Shown here: positions 8,020-17,850 of the stretch, in pieces
How positions within the stretch are numbered: position 1 is the first letter of the stretch
Layout: each line of letters opens with the position of its first letter
Assembly: GCA_043718025.1 (NCBI GenBank)
Contig: JAYSWN010000178.1
Span: 1 to 20,300 of the forward strand
Length of the DNA stretch: 20,300 nt
Origin: Pseudomonadota bacterium
GTDB lineage: Bacteria > Bdellovibrionota > FAC87 > UBA2466
Direction of reading: 5' to 3'
Notes under the pieces: model-generated
Database searches by the model: none
Seen by the model: only the letters and a program-made list of their open reading frames with translations
What the model was told of the DNA's origin: nothing
Translations under genes and position numbers: made by a program

Positions 8020-8066
8020 CCTGAAAACCCCCGATAGATTGTTGTGAGAAAGAGTAGATGACGCGC

Positions 8067-8095
8067 AGTATAAAGAATGTCTAATAAGAAGACAA
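8067..8095 (-). promoter_or_regulatory. Putative sigma70 promoter for the small ORF
   Basis: Minus strand TTGTCT-N17-TATACT. Confidence 0.6.
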
Positions 8096-8139
8096 TCAAT
8101 TTCTCTTTTTAACTACGATTCTAGGTGTTTAGTGAGATA

Positions 8140-8167
8140 CGTCAGCCCGAAATACTGGCGTTTTTTT
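8140..8167 (+). terminator. Possible intrinsic terminator
   Basis: CGTCAG-CCCGAAATA-CTGGCG (one G-U pair), followed by T7. Confidence 0.35.
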
Positions 8168-8176
8168 AGCCATTTC

Positions 8177-8205
8177 TTGACGTACCCCAAAGTGGTTCGT
8201 ACCCT
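8177..8205 (+). promoter_or_regulatory. Putative sigma70 promoter of the aminotransferase-serA-purA operon
   Basis: TTGACG-N17-TACCCT, with GAGGA at 8221. Confidence 0.6.
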
Positions 8206-8240
8206 TCCGCTTCTTAAAACGAGGAAGAGAACAAATAGTC

Positions 8241-9413
8241 ATGAAATTACACCCCATCTTTGAACGCCGACGAATCTTTGCTCCTGGCCCCACCCCAGTT
8301 CCTGAAGAGGTCTTGGGAGAACTGGCCCGATCGCCGCTTCATCACCGCACCAAAGAGTTCATCGCCATTCTGGCGCGGGTGAAAGAAAACCTTTCGTTTT
8401 TGTTCCAGACCAAACAACCCAGCTATTTGCTAGCCTCCTCAGGAACCGGAGCCATGGAAACCGCCATGGTGAATTTATTTTCCCCGGGCGATGAAGTGAT
8501 CGCCGTAAACGGCGGAAAATTTGGCGAGCGTTGGGGCAAGATGGCCAACCGTTTCGGCATCACCGCTCACGAAATCAAAGTTGAATGGGGCCACTCGGTG
8601 GATCCGGCCGAAATCGAAAAGGCCTTAAAAGCTCACCCCAAAGCGCGCGGCGTTCTCTTTCAGGCTTCAGAAACCTCGACCGGCACTTACCACCCGGTTG
8701 AAGCCATTGCCCGCGTGGTTAAAGCGAAAAGCGATGCCTTGGTTATCGTCGACGCGATTACCGCATTGGGTGTATCGGATTTACCGATGGACAAGTGGGG
8801 CTTGGACGCGGTGATTAGCGGTTCTCAAAAGGCGCTGATGCTGCCCCCCGGTTTAGCCTTCTTGGCGCTTTCTGCACGGGCGCAAGAACGACGCAAGGGC
8901 GCCGGCTGCCCTCGCTTCTATTTTAATTTGGAAGCGGAAGACAAAGCGGCGGCCGGAGGAGAAACCGCCTGGACTCCCGCGGTAGGGCTAATTCAAGGTT
9001 TGGACATCGTGCTTTCGAAAATTAAAGCGGTCGGGCTGCCGCCGCTTTTCGATCACCACGCCCGTCTTGCCGAAGCCACTCGACGCGGCATCAAGGCAAT
9101 GAATTGCGAATTATTTTGTAAAGACACGCCTTCCGACGCTTTGACCGCCGTCATTGTTCCCGGCGCCATTGCCGAAGGCAAAAAGGTTATCTCTCACCTG
9201 CGCGACCGTTTCGGCATCACCATGGCCGGCGGGCAAGACGCGTGGAAGGGGAAAATGTTCCGCATCGCCCACCTTGGATTCTTCGATGAGTTGGACATGA
9301 TTACGGTATTGTCGGCGGTGGAACTCACCCTAAAAAAACTCGGCCACAACCTGGAACTGGGTAAAGGGGTTGGCGCCGCACAAAATTACTTCATGGAAAC
9401 GGCAAAGGAATAA
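8241..9413 (+). CDS. PLP-dependent class V aminotransferase (alanine-glyoxylate/serine-pyruvate family), probably acting as phosphoserine aminotransferase
   Basis: APGPTPVP, SSGTGAME, ETSTG, VDAIT, SGSQKALMLPPG (PLP Lys), FRIAHLG. Sits 2 nt before serA. Confidence 0.92.
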   Translation: MKLHPIFERRRIFAPGPTPVPEEVLGELARSPLHHRTKEFIAILARVKENLSFLFQTKQPSYLLASSGTGAMETAMVNLFSPGDEVIAVNGGKFGERWGKMANRFGITAHEIKVEWGHSVDPAEIEKALKAHPKARGVLFQASETSTGTYHPVEAIARVVKAKSDALVIVDAITALGVSDLPMDKWGLDAVISGSQKALMLPPGLAFLALSARAQERRKGAGCPRFYFNLEAEDKAAAGGETAWTPAVGLIQGLDIVLSKIKAVGLPPLFDHHARLAEATRRGIKAMNCELFCKDTPSDALTAVIVPGAIAEGKKVISHLRDRFGITMAGGQDAWKGKMFRIAHLGFFDELDMITVLSAVELTLKKLGHNLELGKGVGAAQNYFMETAKE

Positions 9414-9415
9414 AG

Positions 9416-11011
9416 ATGGCCAGCTGCAAAGTATTAATCGCCGATGGATTGGCTACGGAAGGCACCGCACGGCTCAAAGACATTCCGGGTATCGAGCTAA
9501 TCGAGCACAAAGATATCCCCCGCGACGACTTAAAAAAAGTGCTGGGCAGAGTGGATATCTTAATTGTCCGCTCGCGCACCCAGGTCGATAAAGACCTGCT
9601 TCAGTCTGCTCCGCAGCTAAAGCTTGCGATTCGCGCCGGAATTGGCCTCGACAATATTGATGTTGCGGCCGCCACCGATCGTGGCGTGGTGGTGATGAAT
9701 GCCCCTACCGGAAATATTGTAACCACCGCCGAGCATGCGCTTGCCTTACTGTTTTCCATCTCTCGTCGGATACCCGAAGCAGACGCCAGCCTTCGCGCTG
9801 GAAAATGGGAAAAGAAAAAGTTTCAAGGCAGCGAGCTGCGCAATAAAATTGTTGGCGTACTCGGCTTGGGAAATATCGGCAAAGCACTGGCCGAACGGGC
9901 CCTGGGACTCAAGATGAAAGTCTTAGGTTTTGATCCTTACCTATCGGCTGAAGCGGCCGCTAAGTACGGCGTTGAGCTTTTGCCGTTGGATGAAGTGCTG
10001 GCCAAGTCGGACTACATCACCGTTCATGTGCCGTTGATCCCGGCAACCAAGGGGCTATTGAATCGAACCTCGATCGCCAAGATGAAAAAAGGGGCCTACC
10101 TCATCAACTGCGCGCGGGGCGGAATCGTCGATGAAGTGGCGTTGGTTGAAGCGCTTGAGTCAGGCCACCTCAGCGGTGCTGCACTCGATGTTTTTGAAGT
10201 TGAGCCACTGCCGGCCGACTCACCGTTACTCAAACGACGTGACATCGTATTAACCCCGCACTTGGGGGCCAGCACCGATGAGGCCCAAGTTCAGGTGGGC
10301 ATCGAAGTGGCTGAACAAGTCGCCTCGTACTTACGTGACGGGGTCTATAAGAACGCCATTAACGTGCCCAATATTTCTGTCGAGCAGCTGGGCGTAATGA
10401 AGCCGTGGATTGACCTCTGCGAAAAGCTGGGTGGCTTTGCGGGCCAAATGGCATCAACTCAGGCCCTTAAAAAAGTGCGCATTCGCTACGAAGGTTCTAT
10501 TCAGGCCTACGATCGCAAAGAGGTTCTCACGCTTGCGGTATTAAAAGGGCTTTTTACGGCTCTGATGTCGACGCCCGTAAACCTGGTGAACGCCCGCAAG
10601 TTCGCCAAAGATCGTGGTCTGCAAATAGAAGAATCGATGCAGCAAGAGTGTCCAGACTACGCCGGGCTAATTGAAGTGTCGCTTGAAGGCGACGCTAAGG
10701 TTACGTGCTCGGGCACTCTGTTTGGCAAACAAGAGCTGCGCTTGGTTCGCGTGGATCAATTTAAGATCGATGCGGTACCCACCGGCTGCCTGCTTTACAC
10801 CAAGAACGTGGATCAGCCCGGCGTTATCGGCGCCATGGGCACTTTATTGGCGGCGCATGGGGTGAATATTGCCGGCATGCATTTGGGCCGAGATCACGCT
10901 AATGGTGAAGCCATTGCGTTGATTAACATCGACTCAGAGCCGCCGGCCAAGGCGTTAGAAAGTTTGCGACAGACCAAGGGAATGTTAACCGTCCGGTCAA
11001 TGAGACTTTAA
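9416..11011 (+). CDS. serA: D-3-phosphoglycerate dehydrogenase (long type, with ASB and ACT domains)
   Basis: RAGIGLDNID, GLGNIG, INCARGG, TPHLGAST, C-terminal DQPGVIG...VNIAGM ACT domain. Confidence 0.96.
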   Translation: MASCKVLIADGLATEGTARLKDIPGIELIEHKDIPRDDLKKVLGRVDILIVRSRTQVDKDLLQSAPQLKLAIRAGIGLDNIDVAAATDRGVVVMNAPTGNIVTTAEHALALLFSISRRIPEADASLRAGKWEKKKFQGSELRNKIVGVLGLGNIGKALAERALGLKMKVLGFDPYLSAEAAAKYGVELLPLDEVLAKSDYITVHVPLIPATKGLLNRTSIAKMKKGAYLINCARGGIVDEVALVEALESGHLSGAALDVFEVEPLPADSPLLKRRDIVLTPHLGASTDEAQVQVGIEVAEQVASYLRDGVYKNAINVPNISVEQLGVMKPWIDLCEKLGGFAGQMASTQALKKVRIRYEGSIQAYDRKEVLTLAVLKGLFTALMSTPVNLVNARKFAKDRGLQIEESMQQECPDYAGLIEVSLEGDAKVTCSGTLFGKQELRLVRVDQFKIDAVPTGCLLYTKNVDQPGVIGAMGTLLAAHGVNIAGMHLGRDHANGEAIALINIDSEPPAKALESLRQTKGMLTVRSMRL

Positions 11012-11034
11012 TGCGGACGGAATAAGGAGTTATC

Positions 11035-12330
11035 GTGCCTCAAGGTGTAGTGATTATCGGAGCCCAATGGGGCGACGAGGGTAAAGGTAAAATTGTCGAC
11101 TATTACGCGGCCGAGGCCGACATCGTTGGCCGTTTTCAAGGCGGCAATAACGCGGGCCACACGCTGGTGGTCGAAGGCAAGCAGACGATTCTGCACCTCA
11201 TTCCCTCGGGCGTACTGCACCCGCACACCACTTGTATGATTGGTTCGGGCGTAGTCGTCGACCCCGAAGTTTTTTTGGCCGAGGTCGACTTGCTGAAAAA
11301 AGCGGGCGTACCCAATCTTGAAAAAAGAATTCGCCTGAGCGACCGTTGCCACCTTATTTTCGATTACCACCGCAGTCTTGACGCCGCTCGTGAAGGCAGC
11401 GCCGAGGGCAAAGACAAAATCGGAACCACCAAACGCGGCATTGGCCCGGCGTATGAAGATCGCGCGGCACGACGGGGCATCCGCGTTTCTGATCTCTTCA
11501 ACGAACGCCTGCTGATGGATCGGCTGAAGGCCAACTACGAAGAAAAAAACTTTCTCCTCAAAGAATATTACGGCGTTCAGACCCTACCGATCGATGACTT
11601 TTTGAAAAAATACCGTTCGCTAGCCGACCGCATTAAACCTTACGTCGAAGACGTGGCCGATAAGCTTTATCAGGAGATTCAGGCCGGTAAAAAAGTGCTG
11701 TTTGAAGGCGCCCAAGGTATTTTGTTAGACGTGGACTACGGCACCTATCCCTACGTGACTTCGTCACACACCCTGCCCTCACAGGCGGCGTTAGGTTTGG
11801 GGTCGCGCCCACCTCGCGATACTCTGTTTTTGGGCGTGATGAAAGCCTACTCTACCCGCGTTGGAGAAGGCCCCTTTCCCACCGAACTAAACGATGCCGT
11901 GGGCGAAAAACTTCGCGCCGTGGGCCATGAGTTTGGTGCCACCACCGGGCGGCCCCGCCGTTGCGGTTGGCTTGATTTGGTAGCGGTACGTTATTCTTTA
12001 CGCATTTCCGGAATTAAAAACGTGGCGGTAACCAAAGCCGATGTGCTTTCGGGCATGCCCGAGCTAAAGGTTTGTACCCATTACGAGCTCGATGGAAAAC
12101 GCTTAGAAACCTTTACCGCCGACACTGAGGCACTAGAGCGAGCGAAACCTGTCTACACAACGCTGCCGGGCTGGACCGAAAACCTTACCGGCATTCGCGC
12201 CACCCGCGACTTACCCGCCAACTGCATGCGCTACCTCAATTTTATCGAGGAGCAGACTGGGGCCAAGGTGAACTTGATATCGACCGGCGCAGGCCGCGAA
12301 AGCGTCATCGAGATACAACGCGCGTTCTAA
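11035..12330 (+). CDS. purA: Adenylosuccinate synthetase
   Basis: GAQWGDEGKGK, GGNNAGHT, GTTKRGIGP, EFGATTGRPRRCGW. GTG start with AAGGAG SD. Confidence 0.98.
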   Translation: MPQGVVIIGAQWGDEGKGKIVDYYAAEADIVGRFQGGNNAGHTLVVEGKQTILHLIPSGVLHPHTTCMIGSGVVVDPEVFLAEVDLLKKAGVPNLEKRIRLSDRCHLIFDYHRSLDAAREGSAEGKDKIGTTKRGIGPAYEDRAARRGIRVSDLFNERLLMDRLKANYEEKNFLLKEYYGVQTLPIDDFLKKYRSLADRIKPYVEDVADKLYQEIQAGKKVLFEGAQGILLDVDYGTYPYVTSSHTLPSQAALGLGSRPPRDTLFLGVMKAYSTRVGEGPFPTELNDAVGEKLRAVGHEFGATTGRPRRCGWLDLVAVRYSLRISGIKNVAVTKADVLSGMPELKVCTHYELDGKRLETFTADTEALERAKPVYTTLPGWTENLTGIRATRDLPANCMRYLNFIEEQTGAKVNLISTGAGRESVIEIQRAF

Positions 12331-12449
12331 ACCGACGCAAAATGCTTACCACTCGTTAAGACATACGCACCGGCTTATTGACCCACTTAATAAGACCCGA
12401 TAGCCCAAAGCTATTGGGGAAAATACAGCGCGGTCATAAGGAGCAGTTT

Positions 12450-13466
12450 ATGCGTATCAAGCAGTGGTTTCCAAAAATGATGGGTCTGGTGGGCGTAAGC
12501 TTTTTAGTTCTTGGCTCGGCCGCAGCTCAGGCCACGGACAAATCATTGAACCTCGGCAAAATAAATCATATTTTGCTCACCATTCTTGAAGAGACCTTGA
12601 ACGAGGATAACAAGGCGCTCGGCAAATTTTTTACCTCCGCTACCTTCAAGGTAGAGGAAAGCGGAACCGACCTCTCTTCTAAGGAACGACTGAAAATCAA
12701 GGTCTCGGCCAAAGCAACCGCGAGAGGTGCCGTATGGAGTCCCGAAGGCGATACCACACTGCAGCTAGATCTTGCCGGCGGCGCAGACTTGATAAAAAGA
12801 ACTGCTTTTGCCGAAGCTGCGGCATCGGTAGAAACCGATACTTTGAAACTGATGGCCTTTGTCGTCGATCGGCTGGCGCCCGAATATTGTGCGTCCAGGA
12901 AACCGGGCGGTCCACTCAGTGATTTAGAAAAAGCCCTATGTGCGCAGCTTACGGCGATTGCCAAAGCTCAGAATATTAGCGAGGTTTTTGGCCATTTTGT
13001 GGAAATCAGCCGTTTGCATTTGGGGTACAGTAAAGCGGAAGTGACCAGGTTGGAGTTAGCGCTGGCCGCCGCCGTCAAGCCAGAAGAAAAATCCTACCTT
13101 GAGATGCGCGTAAAGTATGCCAAGGAGGAGTTGGCGATATCATACTTCGTTCAGCGGGAATTTAGCGCGGCGCTGGAAAAAGGAAAAGAGCACGGAAAGT
13201 TCATCGTAAAGCTACGTGACCTCAACTTTTTTTCGACTACCGAACTGCATGAATTCAATTTATATCTTGATGACCAAAGAGTGGAGCTAGGGTTTCGCTT
13301 GGCGCAAAACGATATTAAAGACATGGCCTCCTTTTTCAAACAACGTGATCGGATTGAGAGTGAACTACTCAAAGTTCAAAACTCCGAGCCAATTTCCTTA
13401 AAAGACGCCAAGGATACGATCAAAATCGTTTTGTCAGACATTAAAGCTTTTATCGGCAAGCCCTAG
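12450..13466 (+). CDS. Exported hypothetical protein
   Basis: AAGGAG SD at 12438-12443 before the ATG at 12450. Signal peptide ends AQA. One Cys pair. No family recognised. Confidence 0.75.
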   Translation: MRIKQWFPKMMGLVGVSFLVLGSAAAQATDKSLNLGKINHILLTILEETLNEDNKALGKFFTSATFKVEESGTDLSSKERLKIKVSAKATARGAVWSPEGDTTLQLDLAGGADLIKRTAFAEAAASVETDTLKLMAFVVDRLAPEYCASRKPGGPLSDLEKALCAQLTAIAKAQNISEVFGHFVEISRLHLGYSKAEVTRLELALAAAVKPEEKSYLEMRVKYAKEELAISYFVQREFSAALEKGKEHGKFIVKLRDLNFFSTTELHEFNLYLDDQRVELGFRLAQNDIKDMASFFKQRDRIESELLKVQNSEPISLKDAKDTIKIVLSDIKAFIGKP

Positions 13467-14665
13467 TTTTTGGTCATTGCGCTGAATATTTTTTCGATGG
13501 CCGGCAATATCAAGTCGGGGGTCATTTCAGTGAGGCAGCGCACTTTGTATTTGGGACAAGCGCGCAGGTAGCAGTTTTGGCAGGGCACATTCATACGTAA
13601 ATTTAGATTGCCTCGTCCCCAAACGCCCCATTCACTCTCGTGAGAGTGGCCGCTAAGCATCGTCACCACCGGTTTACCCATCGCCGCCGCCCAGTGACCG
13701 GGCCCGCTCTCGTTTCCAATAAATAACTTGGCTTGGGAAATCAGGTAGCCAGTCTCCCGCAACTTCAACTTACCCTGCATCTCAATCGTACCCGGAATGC
13801 CAAGGCTCGGATCTTCCGCTCCGCCAATGATCACCCAGCGGAAATTAGTTTTTTTCTGTAGCTCCGTGATCACTTCTCGCCAATATGCATAGGGATAGCG
13901 GCGCGTTTCAAAACGCGCGAATGGGTGAAGTACTACAAAATCGCGGGTGGATGCACCGTCGGCATGATCGGGAAACGTTTTTGACAAGCCCATTTTGTCG
14001 GCCTCTTGCCAACGAAACGCGGGCCACGTTACGTCTTGCGGGGTGTAACGCTGGCCCGTTATCCGGCCAACAATCTGCAACATCTGTTCGGCCTGATGCG
14101 CCCGCCGTTTCCCCCACAAAGAAATGTATGCCTGCCAAGGTGACGTAGAATGAAAACGCGGATCCTTCGGGTGCACTTTCACCGGTACCGAGATCGAATT
14201 AAACATCCGGAAAAAGGCCGGGTAGCTCCGTAAAAACACCGAAGCGTCGAAGGAGATGCCGCCGAAAGCGGCCAAAGTCTTTTCAAGCTCTAAACTTTGA
14301 AATCGAATAAAATGGGCGGTGATGTCGACACCGACAATCTTTTCGAACAGCCCGCACAGCTCGTAAATGGCGGCCGTCTTCTTTTGGCAAATGAGAAAGA
14401 CCCGCGCGCCGGGAATCGCCTCTTTAAGCCGTGCAATGGCGGGAATGGCGTAAACCGCATCACCGATATCGTCGGGTTTAAAAATTAAAATTGCTGGCGT
14501 AGGACCTAAATCTGGAATTTTTTCGTACCTAAAGTCAGCCAGCTCAAACGCATCGAGCTCTTTTGCCAGCTTAATATAGTTGCGAGAAAAGTAGGCGCGC
14601 TCGGCCTTTTTGGCGAGCTGAAGAAAAAAATCGATGACGGTAATAGTGACGGCACCTTGGGCCAC
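13463..14665 (-). CDS. Glycosyltransferase family 9 (ADP-heptose:LPS heptosyltransferase-like)
   Basis: DDIGDAV, VLHPFA..RRYP, LFIGNESGPGHWAAAMGKPVV, C-terminal PCQNC...C...C motif. The start is uncertain. Confidence 0.88.
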   Translation of the reverse strand: MAQGAVTITVIDFFLQLAKKAERAYFSRNYIKLAKELDAFELADFRYEKIPDLGPTPAILIFKPDDIGDAVYAIPAIARLKEAIPGARVFLICQKKTAAIYELCGLFEKIVGVDITAHFIRFQSLELEKTLAAFGGISFDASVFLRSYPAFFRMFNSISVPVKVHPKDPRFHSTSPWQAYISLWGKRRAHQAEQMLQIVGRITGQRYTPQDVTWPAFRWQEADKMGLSKTFPDHADGASTRDFVVLHPFARFETRRYPYAYWREVITELQKKTNFRWVIIGGAEDPSLGIPGTIEMQGKLKLRETGYLISQAKLFIGNESGPGHWAAAMGKPVVTMLSGHSHESEWGVWGRGNLNLRMNVPCQNCYLRACPKYKVRCLTEMTPDLILPAIEKIFSAMTKN

Positions 14666-14685
14666 GGGTCTTAAGCCTTCTTTAT

Positions 14686-16059
14686 TTAATGACCAAACCG
14701 CTCGGCACGTTCCGGCCGGTTCTCACTAGCCCTAAAGAATACCCGTATATTCTGATTCTTAAACCCTAACTTCTTACGCAGCGAGTTTTCTACGTACTTC
14801 TGGTAGCTCTCGGGCAAGTTGGCTTTTCGGTTCATAAAAAAAACAAAGGTGGGTGGCTCTACTCGCACCTGACTCGCGTACATAATATTGAAACTTGCTT
14901 TGCCGCGGGCGGGCGGCGGATTATTGGTCTTTAAGATCTCCACGAAGCGGTTGAGCTTTGAAGTGCGCACGCGCATTTTTGAAGTTGCGGTAATTTCAAA
15001 CGCCAACGGGATGATGCGGTTCACGTTGTAACCGCTCTTGCCGCTGATCGGCAGAATTTTATAGGGGCGCAAAACCTCTAAAAATTCCATATTCGGAAGA
15101 AAATCGCGTTTCTGTTCCGCATTAAACTTGTCCCAAAAATTCAGAAGAATAACCGGGTTCTTGCCCTCTTTCTCAATCAAATTGAGCAACCGCATGTCTT
15201 GATCGGAAATGCCTTCGTGCGAAGGAATCAACAAGAACACGATATCGGCCTGGTGAATCGAACGGATGGAGGCCTGAATTGAAAAGACCTCGAGATCTTC
15301 TTTTTTAGAGCGTGGACGACGGACTCCGGCGGTATCTAAAACCCGAACTTTGCCAAGCCGGCTCAGCATCTCAAAGGCAACCGGATCGCGCGTCGTTAAC
15401 GGCTCGGGACTGACCAATGAAATTTGTTTTCCCGCCAGACGATTCGTCAGCGTGGACTTACCGCTATTTGGTCGTCCCAAAAACACCACGCTTAGAGTCT
15501 CTTCTTCATCGCCCGCCGCCAGAGCCGCTACGGCCTCCTCTTCGGGAGTAAGCAATCGGCCACCGGCCGCGGCCACGCACCAATCACGAAGCCCTTCGAT
15601 CTCCCAGCGGTGAGCCGCCGAGGTTGAAATCATTTCCGCAAAACCCAGCATGGCAAACTCGGCCTCGCCATAAGGTTTAGGCTTATCAATTTTATTCAGA
15701 ATCAACAGCGTGCGTTTGCCGCTTTGCTTGAGGCGGGTAGCAATCCATCGATCGAATGGGGTGATACCCGCCGCAGCATCCACTACAAATAGAAAGACGT
15801 TGGCGCGCGCAATGATTTCGTCGAGCTTGTCTTCGTCATCTTCGCTCCAGATCCCTTGGCTATCTAATATCGTAAGATGACCTTTGGCGTCTTTTTTAGG
15901 CGACCACGAAGGAACCTCTTCGATGATGTCGCGAGTCGTTCCAGGCAGATCAAGCACGATGGCGCGCCGATGGCCTAACAAGGCGTTGAAAAGGCTCGAC
16001 TTGCCGACGTTGGGTCGGCCCATCAGAGCAATCGAAATGGCTTTAGTTTCGGTGTTCAT
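14686..16059 (-). CDS. der: Ribosome biogenesis GTPase Der (EngA)
   Basis: Two tandem G domains ([20 protein letters not shown] twice) and a C-terminal KH-like domain (PPTFVFF). Confidence 0.95.
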   Translation of the reverse strand: MNTETKAISIALMGRPNVGKSSLFNALLGHRRAIVLDLPGTTRDIIEEVPSWSPKKDAKGHLTILDSQGIWSEDDEDKLDEIIARANVFLFVVDAAAGITPFDRWIATRLKQSGKRTLLILNKIDKPKPYGEAEFAMLGFAEMISTSAAHRWEIEGLRDWCVAAAGGRLLTPEEEAVAALAAGDEEETLSVVFLGRPNSGKSTLTNRLAGKQISLVSPEPLTTRDPVAFEMLSRLGKVRVLDTAGVRRPRSKKEDLEVFSIQASIRSIHQADIVFLLIPSHEGISDQDMRLLNLIEKEGKNPVILLNFWDKFNAEQKRDFLPNMEFLEVLRPYKILPISGKSGYNVNRIIPLAFEITATSKMRVRTSKLNRFVEILKTNNPPPARGKASFNIMYASQVRVEPPTFVFFMNRKANLPESYQKYVENSLRKKLGFKNQNIRVFFRASENRPERAERFGH

Positions 16060-17009
16060 TACAGTTCCAAGTACTTATCTAAGTGCGTCGGGTTCTCGCG
16101 CCACTTTTCGTGCACATCAACGTGAAGCTTCAAACAAACCTTTTTGCCGACGAGCGCTTCGATCTCTTTGCGGGCTTCGGTGCCAATGATTTTCAGCAGG
16201 CTGCCCTTAGTTCCGATCAAAATCTTTTTGCGGTTTTCGCCATCGACGTGGATGACGGCGCGAAAAACCGGAACCTTGGCGGCGCGCTCTTCTGGCGTCC
16301 CCTCTTCCATTTCCACCCAGATGGCATACGGAATCTCTTCGCGCGTGGCGCGGTAGATCTTTTCACGTACGAATTCTGCCATTAAAAATTCGGGTGGGCG
16401 ATCGGTGCTCTGTTCTTTAGAATAAAAATGCGGGCTGGTGCGGGTAAACGAGGTCATCACCTTACGCACTGATTCCATGCCATCCATTTTTAGGGCCGAG
16501 ACCGGAATCACCTCGGAAAAGGCATCGGTATCAAAAAAGGCCTGCAGCAGCGGAAACAGGGCCGTCTTTGCAATTTTATCGACCTTGTTCAAGATGGCGA
16601 CGCTCTTATCTTTGGGTTTGTATTTACGGACGCGATCTAAATTATTTTCGAGGTGGCGTAAGATGCTGGGGTTTGACGCATCAAAGACCCATAACAGCGC
16701 ATCGCATTCGTTAGCGTGCTTCTCCGCTACGTTGTTCAGCAAGCGGGCAACGGTTTCCGGATAGCCTTGAAAACCGGGAGTGTCGGTAAGCACCACCTCA
16801 TCGGCGCCATCGTGCAGAATGCCCCGCACTCCGTGGTAGGTGGTTTGCGAACGGGCGGAGACGATGCTCACCTTTTTTCCCATCAGCGCATTGAGCAAAG
16901 TCGATTTACCCGAGTTGGTTGGCCCGACGATGCCAACGAATCCACTCTTCGTATTGGCCTGATCGGACATGCCACCAGCGTGGCCGATTAAATTTTCGTG
17001 GCTATTCAT
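16059..17009 (-). CDS. era: GTPase Era
   Basis: [33 protein letters not shown] domain. TAATG overlap with der. Confidence 0.95.
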   Translation of the reverse strand: MNSHENLIGHAGGMSDQANTKSGFVGIVGPTNSGKSTLLNALMGKKVSIVSARSQTTYHGVRGILHDGADEVVLTDTPGFQGYPETVARLLNNVAEKHANECDALLWVFDASNPSILRHLENNLDRVRKYKPKDKSVAILNKVDKIAKTALFPLLQAFFDTDAFSEVIPVSALKMDGMESVRKVMTSFTRTSPHFYSKEQSTDRPPEFLMAEFVREKIYRATREEIPYAIWVEMEEGTPEERAAKVPVFRAVIHVDGENRKKILIGTKGSLLKIIGTEARKEIEALVGKKVCLKLHVDVHEKWRENPTHLDKYLEL

Positions 17010-17755
17010 ATCGTTTCTCCAATGCCCAGACGTCCCAAGGCATTCTTAGCGGCCTCTTGCTCGGCCTCTTTTTTACTGCGCCCTTGCCCATCGGCTACCA
17101 CCGAGTCACCCAGCAAGATCTCTACCTTAAAACTCTTCTCGTGCTCTAAACCCCATGTATCCACCAGGCGATAGGTGGGCGTTAGGCGGTAGAGACTCTG
17201 GCTCTTTTCCTGCAAGGCGGTCTTTTTGTCGAGGTACCGGCTACCGGTCATGTTTTCGTCGGCGAAGGCCTCGATCAAGGGGCGAAACACCTGTAATAGA
17301 AAGGCGCGCACGATTTGTAGCCCGCCATCTACGTAAACGGCTCCCACTACTGACTCAAAACCACCGGCTAAGATTGAAGTCTTCTCAGCGCCGCCCGTCT
17401 GCTTTTCGCCGCGGCCTAGTCGCAGAAAGTCGCCCAAATTAAGTTCAGCGGCGAGCTCCGCCAAAGTACGGCGGCTCACCAAGTTGCTGCGCCATCGTGA
17501 GAGTTTTCCTTCACTGGCCGACGGGTAGCGATCCATCAAAGCTTCGGCCACCACCAACCCAATCACCGCATCGCCCAAAAACTCGAGACGTTCGTTGTCT
17601 TCAAGGCCAGGATTGGTGGCCGCTTTTTCATTCGAATAAGAAGAGTGGGTCAACGATCGCAACAAGATCTTGGGATCTCGAAAGGAGTGGCCAACTAGCC
17701 CCTCAACGGCAAGCCGAAGGGCTTCCGTATCTGCAAAATGAGTAGGATCGGACAA
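17006..17755 (-). CDS. rnc: Ribonuclease III
   Basis: NERLEFLGDAV signature and C-terminal dsRBD (GRSKKEAEQ). The TTG at 17755 is preferred because GGAG lies 7 nt upstream; the alternative TTG at 17761 is only 1 nt from it. ATGA overlap with era. Confidence 0.96.
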   Translation of the reverse strand: MSDPTHFADTEALRLAVEGLVGHSFRDPKILLRSLTHSSYSNEKAATNPGLEDNERLEFLGDAVIGLVVAEALMDRYPSASEGKLSRWRSNLVSRRTLAELAAELNLGDFLRLGRGEKQTGGAEKTSILAGGFESVVGAVYVDGGLQIVRAFLLQVFRPLIEAFADENMTGSRYLDKKTALQEKSQSLYRLTPTYRLVDTWGLEHEKSFKVEILLGDSVVADGQGRSKKEAEQEAAKNALGRLGIGETI

Positions 17756-17779
17756 CTTCAAACTCCAAGGACAGCTAGT

Positions 17780-17850
17780 CCCCTGAACTTTCGTGACGAA
17801 GCATCCCGTCAGGAGGGTTCAAGGGTGGCGGCCCAACCAAATGGCCGCCA
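17780..17850 (-). promoter_or_regulatory. Structured rnc 5' leader (rncO-like autoregulatory stem-loops)
   Basis: Long irregular hairpin CCCTGAACTTTCGTGACG/CGTCAGGAGGGTTCAAGGG, directly followed by the perfect 8-bp hairpin TGGCGGCC/GGCCGCCA. Confidence 0.55.

Noticed and set aside
17775..17825. Resemblance to 6S RNA (CTAGTCCCCTGAAC...GGGTTCAAGGG echoes the 6S closing stem)
   Set aside because: Only about 28 nt lie between the arms, with no central bubble or long terminal stem. A cmsearch with the Rfam 6S model would settle it.
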